Of a stretch of DNA of 47,348 nt, positions 25,429-39,009 are shown piece after piece. The position numbers and the translations under genes are program-made. The notes below the pieces were generated by a model. The model saw only the letters and a program-made list of their open reading frames with translations. It did no database searches and was not told where the DNA came from. The stretch is from Octopus bimaculoides (taxonomy: Eukaryota): NCBI RefSeq assembly GCF_001194135.2, contig NC_068988.1, positions 32,009,732 through 32,057,079 of the forward strand, written 5' to 3'. Numbering within the stretch: the stretch's first letter is position 1; each line of letters starts with the position of its first letter.

Positions 25429-25515
25429 CTGTAAACTTGCGGTTCGGCAAAAGTTAACGATAAAATAAGTACGAGAGTTACAAAGAAGAAGTCCTGGAGT
25501 CGATTTGCTCGACTA
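25429..25515 (+). mobile_element. 3' fragment of the SINE family seen at 46258-46717
   Basis: GCGGTTCGGCAAAAG...AATAAGTAC...AAGTCCTGGAGTCGATTTGCTCGACTAAAGACGGTGCTCCA matches the reverse complement of 46290-46390. Confidence 0.85.
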
Positions 25516-27091
25516 AAGACGGTGCTCCAACGCTACCAAACATTCACATACGTGGTTACCATTACACTAAAAATACATTACATTTCTTCATATTCAACGG
25601 CTGGATTAGTCGGTTTATCTTTCGATATCTCGTGTCGCCAAAGTGTTGAAAGTATTATTTTTTTTTTTTTCTTTTTGAAAGAACTTGTAGATGGTTTTGA
25701 AAGACTTCAGAGAAACTACATTAATAAAATGTCGCAGTATAGAATGTGACTCTCTTGAGTGCGCGACCCCCTTCGGTGCGGAGACCGATCCGGCTTAATG
25801 CCGGCCGTTCTTACTAGGATTCCAAAAATGAATAACATTCTGAAACATAAATTCATCAAATGCAATAAGCAACACAGATCGCTGAAAAAACTTCTTACAA
25901 ATTCGAAGATTAACACAGCAACTACGAAACCAAGGGTTACAAAAATGCGGACACCCAAATTATGGAACACGCCACAACTTCACTTGTGCTTCCGAGAATC
26001 TATTTCATATTACAAGTTGTTATAACCCATTCGTGTAGATGGCACTTCTAATCAAATGTATAGTCTGCTAAGATGCTATGGCACGTTGACACTTACTCAG
26101 AAATATGTTAGGGGCACACGTACCAGAATAGTGCCTAGTCCAATTACCCTATGAGTGTTAATTCGGTCAGTTGTAATGCACTGAAACGACGGAAGCCAGG
26201 ATAACCAGCGTCAACATAGGTATGCCCGCACGCACATANNNNNNNNNNNNNNNNNNNNNNNNNNNNNNNNNNNNNNNNNNNNNNNNNNNNNNNNNNNNNN
26301 NNNNNNNNNNNNNNNNNNNNNNNNNNNNNNNNNNNNNNNNNNNNNNNNNNNNNNNNNNNNNNNNNNNNNNNNNNNNNNNNNNNNNNNNNNNNNNNNNNNN
26401 NNNNNNNNNNNNNNNNNNNNNNNNNNNNNNNNNNNNNNNNNNNATATATACCTATATAATTTTATTATACTCCATACTGAATGAATGTCTAAACATTACG
26501 AAGCTACCGAGAAAAACTCCATAATTACATGCGATTGAAAATGAGGAGACATTTAATAAGATTCCACATTAACTGCGAATTAGCTAATTTTAAGATTAAA
26601 ATCTTAAATAGATTTTCTTTCATCGTCAGTGCAATGTATATAAAAAAATATACGAACAAATGCTCATGCACATCCATAACATTATACGAACATGAGTTAA
26701 TACATACCCATAACAAAGCGCATTTTCTGCGGTCCTATTTTGAAACAACTAAATGTGGTCGCCGTGAGAAGATTTTAATCTGACGTTTTCGAATCTATAC
26801 TTGCAAGTGTTTGTGTGTAGACGTGCAAACTTGTTTTCTTAGGGGTATGTATTAATACTTCTTCATATATTTTTTTTTACATATATTGCGCTAACGATGC
26901 AAGGAAATGTATTTAAGATTTTGATCGTGAAATAAACTAATTCGCAATTAATATGGAGTCCTTCTAAATATCTTCTCACTATTTATAGAATCTTTCTCGT
27001 CAGCTTTGTAAGGTTTAGACATTCATTCACTATGTAGGAGATAAGTCATGTTTTGACTTCTCCCTTAATATAATTATGTGTATATATATAT

Positions 27092-27180
27092 AGAGAGAGA
27101 GAGAGGGGGAGACAGACAGAGAGAGAAATTCATCAAATAAAGATAAAAATCACGTTAATGATAATTCTCATGTAGTCAGT

Positions 27181-27221
<41 letters not shown>

Positions 27222-27342
27222 AATTATTTTAATATATAAATTTCTTACTTTCTACTGACTACATGAGAATTATCATTAACGTGATTTTTATCTTTATTTG
27301 ATGAATTTCTCTCTCTGTCTGTCTCTCCCCCTCTCTCTCTCT
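27092..27342. repeat. Near-perfect inverted repeat, ~92-bp arms and ~67-bp spacer
   Basis: 27092-27183 is the reverse complement of 27251-27342, differing by one GA unit. Confidence 0.9.
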
Positions 27343-28864
27343 CCCTCTCTCTGTCTGTCTCTCCCCCCTCTCTCCCTCTCCCTTTCTCTGTCTGTCTCTC
27401 CCCCTCTCTCTCTATATATATATACACTACAATTACAAATTTATAGATGTTTGTGTATGAGCATCGGTAGAAAAGTACATTTCTGTTACTCATTCTCATG
27501 CACTAATTATACATTACGCGTTCGCGCGCGTATATGCCTGTAATTGTTGGTATGCATGTATGTGCATATGCACACTTGTCAACTGAGTTTCCATGAGTAT
27601 GTGTGTATGTTGTGTGGGTTTAATATTGTGTTCGGTTCCTGTTATATCTCTATATATTGTTGACTTCAGCTTTGATGTTTTGATGTTTAGAATTTACCTT
27701 TAGATTATATTTCCCTTCACAAGACATTTGCTTCTCTATTCTGTTTCTTGTGATCTTAATCGATTATTTGCCCTGAATACAACAATCCTGCGAAAGGCAA
27801 CATGCTTAGTATGCTTCTAACGGCTGTCACCTATAATTGTTATATTGTACTCGCTTTGAAGAATTATGATATATAACATACTTATGACTGTTTCCCGTTG
27901 CAAATATATCATTCACTTCTCTTGCGTATATTTACGCAGGAATACATACACATATACGCGCATACATGCATCCATCCATCCATACATACATACATACTTA
28001 TATACGCACATATCGATATATACATGCGTGCACACATAGAAACACTCGCACATGCACACATATACGCACGCGCAATATTTATTGATCTGCGTATACATAC
28101 ATACATACATACATACATACATACATACATACATACATGTATACACACTCACATTTATAGTTATACGAATATATACATATAATTCGTTTTTGTATCTGGC
28201 TTCTACGATTCTTTATGTGAATTCGTGTATTGAATATTTTGTTGTGTCTGGGTAGAGGCAGTTTGTCTGTACAGATACGTTACATCATATAAGGCCACAC
28301 ATAGTTCCTGCATTTAATATACGTTTCTACTGCCTTGACTATTTCACACATGTTACAGCCTCACTTCTTCCTATATATTACAACATTCCTTAAGCATATT
28401 ATTTGTACTTTGCTGATCTGTCTGCAAAATCCCTGAATCACCTTTCAATTATTTCCTTTAAATGCTAGTTTATGGTTCATCCACCTCCACTCTTCTTCTC
28501 TTCATTTAGTCTCTGTGTACGTAAGTGCTATTCTGTGTGTCCAAATCTTCGTCACGTTTCTGACATGCATTACTTCTAATATTCAAATTAATTAGTGCAG
28601 ATATTATTTCAACAGTCTATTTAAACTGACCTGGTTTTTATCTATAACGTTTGAGTGCTACATTATACATCTTCCCCATTGAACACGCAACACACATCTC
28701 GACTTCATTTTTGGTACCCCGTTACACCTCTAGTCAGATACATTCGCAAATTTACCAACCAGAAAATTTATCACTAGCGAAAGTAGAGCAAGTGCCAAGC
28801 ACAGTTTTCTCCCCTTACGTTATCTCAACATTCTGTATCTAAGTTAACTTTTTCGAACGTATAT

Positions 28865-28957
28865 ACTAATCTATAAATCAATCAGTCAATCACTCGCTCA
28901 ATGACTGATGGCTGCCTAACTGACTCACTCACTCTATCTATCTATCTATCTATCTAA

Positions 28958-29016
<59 letters not shown>

Positions 29017-29130
29017 CCTATCTATCTATCTAGCTAGCTAGCTAGCTAGCTGCCTACCTACCTAACTGGTTGTCTGGCTGCCTAACAACCTACCTACCTA
29101 CCTACCTACCTACCTACCTACCTACCTATT
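28865..29130. repeat. Compound tetranucleotide array (CAAT/CACT/TATC/TAGC/TACC)
   Basis: Direct reading of the sequence. Confidence 0.9.
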
Positions 29131-29156
29131 TATTTATCTATATATCCCTTACACTT

Positions 29157-29580
29157 GGAGGCGCAATGGCCCAGTGGTTAGGGCAGCGGACTCGCGGTTT
29201 CGATTCCCAGACCGGGCGTTGTGGGTGTTTATTGAGCGAAAANNNNNNNNNNTCGATTCCCAGACCGGGCGTTGTGGGTGTTTATTGAGCGAAAACACCA
29301 AAAGCTCCACGAGGCTCCGGCAGGGGATGGTGGTGAACCCTGTACTCTTTCACCACAATATTCTTTCACTCTTGCTTCCTGTTTCTGTTGTACCTGTAAT
29401 TCAAAGGGTCAGCCTTGTCATACTGTGTCACGCTGAATATCCCCGAGGACTACGTTAAGGGTACACGTGTCTGTGGAGTGCTCAGCCACTTGCACGTTAA
29501 TTTCACGAGCAGGCTGTCCCGTTGATCGGATCAACTGGAACCCTCGACGTCATAAGCGACGGAGTGCCAACAACAAAAAA
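29157..29580 (+). mobile_element. tRNA-derived SINE (tRNA-Arg-like head) with CAA/A-rich tail
   Basis: Head GGAGGCGCAATGGCCCAGTGGTTAGGGCAGCGGACTCGCGGTTTCGATTCCC carries A-box and B-box motifs. The 3' end is ...GACGGAGTGCCAACAACAAAAAA. Interrupted by a 10-N gap. Confidence 0.85.
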
Positions 29581-29989
29581 AGTCCTTTACACCTACGTTT
29601 GTCCATATATATGTCCGGGTGCGTGTCTGTGTGTGGGTCGGTATGCGTATGCGTATGTGTGTATGCATATATATTATTTGATAAACGCAATATATGTTTT
29701 ATGTGCTGCTATTAATTCCATATGCTGAGATCATGCGAGGCAGTATTTTCTTAACACACCTGGTGTCCTAGCACATTTTGCAAACACTGTTCACATGGCA
29801 TAAACTAAAAATGGAGCAATAGGATGAGAGAAAAGACAAGAAAAGGCTAGAAGGAAGCAGATATGAAAGGTGGGTGTTTGAAAAACTGGAAAACAAAAAA
29901 AGAGAAAACAGAAAAAAATCGGCATCAGGAACTTAGCCATATGTTTATAATCGCTGAAAATTTCAGATCTAGAATTCAGCGGTGAGTTA

Positions 29990-30690
29990 GAGTATTTAGA
30001 GTTCTTTCAGGTACGCCTAGCTTAAATTTTTATGTAAGTTCGTACGATATTGCTGACGTCTGTGATATTGTGGGTCCTGTGTATTAAATACATTGAGATC
30101 AATATACTCTTCTCATGACATTGGTCTATACCGAGGCGACTGATTGGTTATTTACCATGGCTGTGATGGTCACACCCTCGATAATTTTAGGAAACAACTT
30201 GCTTCTACGTTCGGTCAATTAGCCATTACAATCACAGTCGCTACTAATTTGTCTAAAGTTGACTTTACTTATTTCTCTAACCCTGAACTCCTTCTCACGC
30301 TTTAATATTTAAAAACCTGATAGCTAACATTAGAAGCATATTTCCCAACCTCTGTTACTCTAAAAGAATTTTCGAGAAGACAAAGCCCCACTACAAAAAT
30401 GCCCTAGCGAATTGTGGTTTTAAGGTTGAATTAATATATAACCCATTTAATATTAATAGAAATTGTAATATTTGGCCTAGAATTAGACATAGGAAAATAA
30501 TTTGCTTCGCCCCACCCCTACTTTCCCAATAATGTGAAATATAACATGGGTAAAAGACTCCTGCTTCGCTTAGAGAAACATTTTTCAGACAATTCCATGT
30601 ACAGGAAAATATTTAACAGGTGCTCAGTGGTCTTATTATATAGGTGCTGCTCCAATATGAAAAGTATCATTATACACAGAACAATACCAG
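29990..30690 (+). mobile_element. Penelope-like element RT relic, C-terminal half and linker, frameshifted
   Basis: Pieced translations: SYDIADVCDIVG (motif B, cf. SYDGAEVCELVG), DIGLYRGD*L (catalytic GLYRDDGL), DNFRKQL...ITITVATNLSKVDF, YKNALANCG, and NMGKRLLLRLEKHF...RKIFNRCSVVLLYRCCSNMKSII. Confidence 0.8.
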
Positions 30691-31040
30691 GAACTCACTT
30701 CCAGTTATCACTCTCGAAACTCAGGAACATGTCTACTTGACCATGGATGCATGATTAAGTCTGTCTCAGAATATGAATCTAATAGTTGCACATAACAACA
30801 TATACTGTCTCTATTAAATATTTATCTCTAATAAGATGGACTTCTCTTTTGATGAGCTTACCATCACGGAACAGTAGACTATAGAAATATATATATAAAA
30901 TGTGTGTATGTGTATACATATATATGCACATATTTGCATATATATATATATACATATATNNNNNNNNNNNNNNNNNNNNNNNNNNNNNNNNNNNNNNNNN
31001 NNNNNNNNNNNNNNNNNNNNNNNNNNNNNNNNNNNNNNNN

Positions 31041-31072
<32 letters not shown>

Positions 31073-33825
31073 TATATATTCCATAATAGAGTATGCATAC
31101 TTATTTATCAGGGATTATGTAGGAGACACTAAAATTTAGACATTCTATAGAAAATGATTCACATGAAAGAAAAAGGGACAAAGCACACATTGAATCTTCC
31201 GTTAAACAAACAAAATAAGCTCCCAGCTTACAGAGTGGCTATTTATTCTCGACGCTCTAGTTCTTGTTATTAGTCTGATGAATGTTTAGTAGTCAACTTT
31301 TCTAAACTCTTCATCTTATTTGAATTATGGCTATTATCTGTGATCGTGTAGTTCATAATATTTAATCAGAAATCTTCTTCGTGTCTACATCCGAATGTTA
31401 TAGCTGTACAATTAACATAGCGGGCATTCATCAACGTAATATAGAAGAGAATTCGTGTTTAAAATGCAATGCATTGAAATTAAACAGCATCACTGTTTAA
31501 ACACTTGCAACATCAATCTTAATATGATAGACGACAAATTTGAGGTGAACGGGATTTATATCTTCAATACAGTGCAATTCATAAAATTGACTTACGGAGA
31601 AAACATCGCTTTTAAATTTGCTTATTAAGATATATGTACATTGATAAATGATAATTTTTCGCTGAGATTCTTATATACACTACTATGTATATAAATCTAC
31701 ACATACCTAAATCGAAGGGCAGAAACAGGACCGCATATATGTTTACCAACATAATCACACATAGGGGTATTATATATTAATATATGATTGTATATTAATG
31801 TGCAAATGGCATATGGCTATACGTTGCAACGAACATCTCTCTGCCTGTCTGTCTCTCTTTCAAGCTATCTATCTATATATCTATCTATCTATATATATAT
31901 ATATATTTCTATCTATCCATCCAGCTAACTATTAAAATACATGTGTATGTACATGCATACATATATCGCTTTTGTGTATTTGTTCATGTTAGTTATATAG
32001 TTATAGTGCTATCAGTTGAAACATTCTGTATTGTCTAGGTTGACTCACTTGCATACTATTTATGTCAGCATCGTTAAATGTTGCTATTTTTTGTTATTTA
32101 ATAATTCAATACTCGCACTATATCTCTCTTCTCCAGTGGTTATTGCCGATTAAGATATTTTCCTTTACGTGGAATGTACATTGTGGAACATAATTTCTTT
32201 GTCAATGTTACATGCGTCTTTTAATATTGAGTCAAACATCTGAGTTATATTGCTAATATGCCGAACAATTTTCTTTTAACAGGGACTATGATTATTTTCT
32301 TAATAGTATACTGTTCGAATTAGCGATTTCCTTCAAATACTATTCATTAAAACCCCACTTTTCTCAGATCAGTAAAATGTAGTTAATCTCCCTTCGTTGT
32401 GTATGAGACATTTTTGCATTAAATGAGCACGATGATTTGGAAATGAAGCAAAATCATACGAGTAAAGTCTTTATATCACTTGGTTATAAACGTTTACACC
32501 TCGTTATCAAATACCGCCTATGTATAACCTTTTATCTATCAGGCTCAATATTATAAGTATTATGATATATATAAACAACCATTCTAAACCTTAAAAAATT
32601 GGGCCATTGTGCTTTGTTTTTATAAATTATTACTGCATTCCACCTTTTTATGATTATTTGCTTTTGTGCAGAACTGAAGAATATCGAGAATTGTAGATTT
32701 ATAAGTGATCATATTTCGCAGTAATTATTCAAAATCTATGAATAATTGCAGATGTACATTTGAATATATTCTGTAGTAATTATTCGAAACCTTTGGACAA
32801 TATTGCTATTTTTATCACTATTATAAATATCATTTAGACCAAGGTGATTGTTGATTAAGCTAACCTATAATAAGAGCATTCTACTCACAAATATCTGACC
32901 TTACGTTAAGAAAATATTTCCAGAAATAAATTATCTTGTATAATCTTTCAATTTAAAAATGGCATATTATAATTTGCAGAAAACTAGCAATTTCTAGCAG
33001 CTTACATTGATCAAGTTGATACAATGCTTTGTATCTGACTCGATACTAAAACACATCTATTTCCTTAGTAAAAATAATGAATCACTAAAACATTGTCAGA
33101 GTATATCTTACCGATTTTCGTAAATTAGTTACTTAGGCTTTTACCAACATTACTGAGGCTGAAGGCCGTTGTGTAATGTCGTTTATTTTCTTCGTATTTG
33201 TCTCTAATATATCAATAAAATATAACGGTTTTATTACTTCATTTTCTGAAGTTATCTATCATCTAAACAACTCATTTATGCCTTAGAAAATGTAATAAAA
33301 ATATATAACCGTCTCTTTATAGAACTGGATATATAAAAGAATCTGTTTAGAGTAAAATATTCTCTTAGTATATTATATGAATAAATCGATGATACACATG
33401 TGAAAGTGATAAATAAATAAGATAATTTTTGGTCGGCAATGAGAACCACACTCTCCCAGCGATATTTCGTCATTCACCTACCAGTCATTATCGCCGTCTT
33501 TGATTTATATTTTATGCAACTCTTAGTGAGGTATGGAATGTTTGTTGCATTCGATATTCGAACAAATTACAGTTTCAGATGAGATCTCTGAGACAAACTG
33601 AAAGAAGTGAACTGGAAAGTAGAGAAAAGCGAAAGTGAGAGAGAGACAGAGAGAAAGGGAGAGAGACAGAGAGAAAGGGAGAGAGACAGAGTGAGAGAGT
33701 GAAAGAGAGAGAGAGAGCAAAAGAGAGAGAAATACAGCGAGAGAAAGAGGGAGAGAAACAAATATTAAAACAAATTTTGAAATGTAGTTAACAATATATC
33801 ATTGACACGAATTCTCACCCCACAC

Positions 33826-33867
<42 letters not shown>

Positions 33868-33881
33868 ATACACACACACAT

Positions 33882-33916
<35 letters not shown>

Positions 33917-34387
33917 GTGAGAGAGAGAGATAAATAGATCAATAGAGACAGAGAGAAAGAGAGAGAAAAATAGAGAGGCATGAGTTTAGAATAAAATGAA
34001 GCCTGTTTTTTAGTTGAGTTGGAAGGAAATCAAAATGACATAACGGCCAACGTTGTGAATATTAGAGAATTAAAATGACAAGTTAGGTTATAATATGGCA
34101 GACGTAGCGAATGACCTCCGTTGACGAGCTAAAGAAATGAGAAAAAAGGGAATATTGAACAGAAGATTAAAACAGAAAAGATCATTTTAGAGCGGAATTG
34201 CGGGAGATAGATGGATCGAATGAATGCTAAAGTACAGGGAAAGTGACGGTTGACAGGGAATATATGAATTATAGAAACAGGAAAATAGAAAGGCCTTAAG
34301 GGTTATGTAGAAAACTAGAGAAATTGTGAGAAGGAGAAATAGTGCTTAGGGAGAAGGAGGAAGAAGGACAGTGAGAGAGAGAAAGGG

Positions 34388-34418
<31 letters not shown>

Positions 34419-37200
34419 GGGATATAGAAAGAGAGAGAGAGAGAGAAAGTAAATTCAGAGAAGGAGTGAGAAGATGGTAAATTCAGGGAAAACGAATGAC
34501 AAATTGACATATGGAGAGTTTTTGGAGAGTGGATGGTTTGTGGGGTTAAAGAAATATAATGCTAACCTGTTTCTATCTCCACACACATACATAAATAGGA
34601 AGAGGGAGAAAGAGTAAGCTAGAGAGAGCGAGAGAGTGAGAGCCGGAGAGAATAAGAGATGCATGGTAAAGTTGGCAGATAGAAAGCAGGAGAAGTCACT
34701 GGAAATGGAAGAACGGAGTTAGTTGAAAAAGAAACAGATGGTTACACGGAATGCGTGATTGTTACTGAGAGACTAAAATAGAAAGATCATCACAGTGTGA
34801 TTAAATGAGAACGATGGAAAGGGAATGGAGTAGAATCAATGATATAGAAATGAATTCATAGACAGATCGATAGTTTTCTAGATAAGTAGATAGATATATC
34901 CACGAATTAACACCCCACCGTATATATATGCGTATGTGTCAGTATGTGAACGCATAGATGTGAGTGTATATGTGTTTTAAAGAGAGGGATATAATGAAAG
35001 AGAAAAGACAACTTAAATTATATGAATGAGCTTTGAATAAAACAACTAACGTTCTATGTGACATAACGGAAACAGTCAAAGGATAGCTTTCGATAAAATC
35101 AGAGACTGCGCAAGAAGTCCTGTGTATGCATGAATGTAAAATTCACCTATCCATTTCAGTTTCTGACTAAAAATTAGTGCCATTTTTGTCTCCAAATGTG
35201 TCTAACTTCCTAGACTTATATTCGTTCGCCAGTAGTTATTACCATTTAAAAACCATTTCAACGTAGAGGCAACTTGAAACCGACAGGCGTTAAGTAGGAT
35301 CGTTGTATATTTATTGAAATATTCAGATAGTTTTTCTTAGTGCTGCACGGATATTATTTAAATATGCTTTGTTTTCTTATAGACATGTCATATTTAACTA
35401 GATAGAAAAATAAAAGAAAGGCAATCAGTTGTTTTAGAAGATGAAAATACTATTTGATATAGGGGAAATGAAATATTTAGAGGACATTGTAATAACATTC
35501 CTCCAAATATGGCCTCTAAGTTATATAAATATTCTTCTCTCGGGAAGGCATAGGGAATAAATAACAAAAGCAAAGACAGATGCAAATGAAAATAATGAAT
35601 AAGAGATGCATTTTGAACATTAAAATGTGGCTTCATAGAATAAACTATACCTTGTATCAAACGATTTAATATACAAACAAGACAGGTATACCATACAATT
35701 GTTTGAGAGTACGTATTTTATATTAATTTTGTCGTACACTCTTCATTATATATTATATAGTTAATCTACGACAATGACGTTAACCAAACTGATGATAATA
35801 ATAACGTTTGAACTTTTGACAGAAGGGTAGTAAATTTAGGTGTAGATGGCTGGTCGATTATATCCTCCTAGTGGTTTACTCTCTTGATCCCCCAAAGATT
35901 AATTCTTCTCATGCATAGAGACAAGGCCAGAAAAGATGGCGGACGGAACATCCAACTATATAAAAAAATGATGGACTGAAATTTTATCGCATTCCATCAA
36001 GTACGGCAAAGTTGACCTCGGGAGAATTTGCACTTAGAATGTAAATGACCGTAATTACGTACAGTAAGGCATTGCTTCTGTAGATTGTATGGTATACTAG
36101 GAGGCGTTAGCGCATGACGTCATGACTGCAGCAAAGTTACGAAATGATTGAAGGCAAAACACAATCGTATATATTTAAAAATGCTGTTATATGAGTTATG
36201 TAGTTATTACAACAGAAGCACATTAACTAAATCCCTAAAGGAAGGAGTAATCATAGTTTTTATATGAATGATATTTAAATTTCCTAATCTGTAATAGAGA
36301 CAAAACCGTATACGTCAGTTGTATTTGGGAAATGATTATATGACGAATAATAAATTATTAGGGATTGTATTCAACCGTTTCTAAAAGGATTAAAGTCGGC
36401 GTTATTTTCCGTGGTATCCATGAATTAGAAGAGATATCATCTACATTACAAACGCTAAATCGAAACTGGTGCGTCACAATTGTCTTGAATACAGCTTAGC
36501 AAGACGAAAAATTTCTCTTCCTCGTGTAAGGTTTCGATAGAGTGAAGCCTAGAAGATAACTGCGTTGTGATGCTTCGCTGTTTTAAAAAGGAAGATCACA
36601 CCAAACACTATATATATTTTATGGATCATATGACTGCTTACACTTATATGTCATTTATTTGGAAACACATTAACGTGGAGAAGATTCTAAAAGTTCGAAG
36701 TTCTGGGGGAAAATGCCTTGAGAAAATTGTTAGTGTGGCGCTTAGAGGGCTGGACGCGCTAAAAGTAACGACAAGCAGAAAAGCTTGTGAGTTGAAGCAA
36801 AATCGATGGTTCAATAAGGTGAACCATATCAGAGGAAGAGAATAAATTTTAGCAAGAAAAGAAATAATGGCAGTTGTAATGGCAGATGAAATAACTGAGA
36901 ATTCAGGAGGGGCATATCCATTAGTAATTGAATTTTAATTAGTCAATTGGCCCTTCTCTAAATGCGTTTCAAATTGCTGGCAGCAGCAATGTCTCAGGTG
37001 TTACAGCACTACTCCATTGTAAACCTCAATTTATCGTCGTAGGTTGTCAACAACTGTTGGGGTTGGAATATTTTCTGGTCCTAAATGGAAAGGCTCGTAT
37101 TAGTGAAGCTGTCCTAGTGTTTGTAACAATTATTTTCATCCATTATTAGGAGTGTGTCTGAGGTCAATGATAGTATGATAGTAATAATTTCTTGAAAACC

Positions 37201-37660
37201 CCGCCTGGGGTTAAACTAGTAGTAATATTCAACGGCCAGTTTGATGCGGCTAATCGCTTTTCTGTTTTGTATACGTTACCATTCTATCTTTTCTTGAGAT
37301 TTTATAACTAGCTATTTTGTTTGTTGCAAATCAGTGACCGGTCTTCGCTATCCCACCACACGCAGTTGTACGCGGCTGATGTGAGTTAAATAGCTCGAAA
37401 CTGGGCCAGTCCCGCGATCCTGTTAGTTGCCGGAGAGTAGTAGGGGTTCGCTCCCTGTACTAGCGATGTATTGTACACAAAGGATGCAAAGCTTGCACCG
37501 AAATCAGATGGCAGGGAATCCGCCTGGGGTTAGTAACATTCAACTACCACTTTGATGTGGCTACTCGCTTTACTGTTTAGGATATGTTACAACTCCGTCT
37601 CTTCTTGAGATTTTATACCTAACTATTTTGCTTGTTGCAAATCATTGACCGATGTTCACT
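37201..37660 (+). repeat. Diverged direct repeat, period 319 bp (~1.45 units), containing a hammerhead motif
   Basis: 37201-37348 and 37520-37660 both start CCGCCTGGGGTTA and share blocks such as TTTGATGNGGCTA, TTCTTGAGATTT and TGTTGCAAATCANTGACCG. Confidence 0.85.
37371..37416 (+). ncRNA. Type I hammerhead ribozyme motif (A9U core variant)
   Basis: Hand fold: CGCGG | CTGATGT | GAGTT-aaat-AGCTC | GAAA | CTG-ggc-CAG | TC | CCGCG. All three helices pair and the cleavage triplet is GUC. Confidence 0.75.
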
Positions 37661-38274
37661 TGATTTACAATATATCGCTGGCAGAAGCGCTCAGAAGTGC
37701 TTAAGATTTTGCGGTTAAAAAGGACAAGTCTGGTATATCCCCACTAAAGGGCGATCTGAAGGTATCTATCAATGGAAACCATGCATGCTTGGTGTGAAGT
37801 GACTTCATTGCAGGTGGATGGTGCATAGTTCTTGAAAGTGCTGGAACGTGGACTGTCTCTTGCTGGATGTGGCAGAAAATAACATTGCTACGGAGAAAGA
37901 AGAGAGAAGCAGATGAAATCTGCGGAGCACCAGAAACGATTGGGATGAGACAGTAAGAACTACCGTCAAAGATGCCCGATAGTGTGATCTGATTGGAAGA
38001 CACCGATCCATGATATGTTGGAGAGGTGGAGCCTGTTGGCGGCGAGCAGTTTCTATAGTATGAACAGGAGCCTGTAGACTGCGGTCAGTCATGATTTATT
38101 TGCTTGCCTGCAATGGATGAAAATTTTACGGGTTTCTAGAGCTGGAGCATGGGAACACATGAAATTTATGCTACTGCCCGATGGGTAGTTGCATAAAATT
38201 CAATAGATCAGGCTCTGCGAAAAGAGTATTGTTGCCACTAATGATCGACAAAAGGAGATAGATAGAAAAAGTGA

Positions 38275-38465
<191 letters not shown>

Positions 38466-38914
38466 AGAGTGACAGAGCGATTTAAGCTACTATATGCATT
38501 GTTAATGTTTGAATTCAGAGTTGTTAAATATGAAGAATTATTATAAAATTTTGTTGGTCAGAGAGGTTGTCTCCTTTTTAAATCTGATACACTGAGACAT
38601 GTTTCGAAATTGCAGGCTATATTTACAAAGATCGTGAGGAATGAATGAGTATATTGACAAAATAACCAATGATAAAGATCACAATACTTAAGTATAGTGG
38701 ATGAAATATTGACCTTCTGGTTTTTAGCACTTACTGGGATTTCCGAACTTGGTGTATGAGAAAAAGAACTTCCTGGAATGAATTGAATGGGTAAAATTTG
38801 GAAGGGATTGAACAAGTCTGAGTAGTGAGAATTTGGCAGCAACTTACGTTGCAAAGTTGTGTAGTTTCTCTATGGGTATGTATCTTTTTGTGCAATTGTA
38901 TGTTTCTGCATGTG

Positions 38915-39009
<95 letters not shown>

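Noticed and set aside
26145-26195. CTATGAGTG...CACTGAAAC hammerhead-like string
   Set aside because: The core lacks G5, and helices I and III cannot be formed convincingly.
29200-29295. 43-bp direct repeat (29200-29242 and 29253-29295) resembling a repeat-spacer unit
   Set aside because: Identical sequence on both sides of a 10-N gap inside one SINE is a scaffolding overlap artefact, not a CRISPR array or a true duplication.
36567-36845. 92-aa ORF
   Set aside because: No recognisable domain; the length is compatible with chance.
37760-38050. Possible ancient RTE 3' fragment (RWMVH..., NDWDETVR)
   Set aside because: Only faint motif resemblance across frameshifts; needs a profile search.
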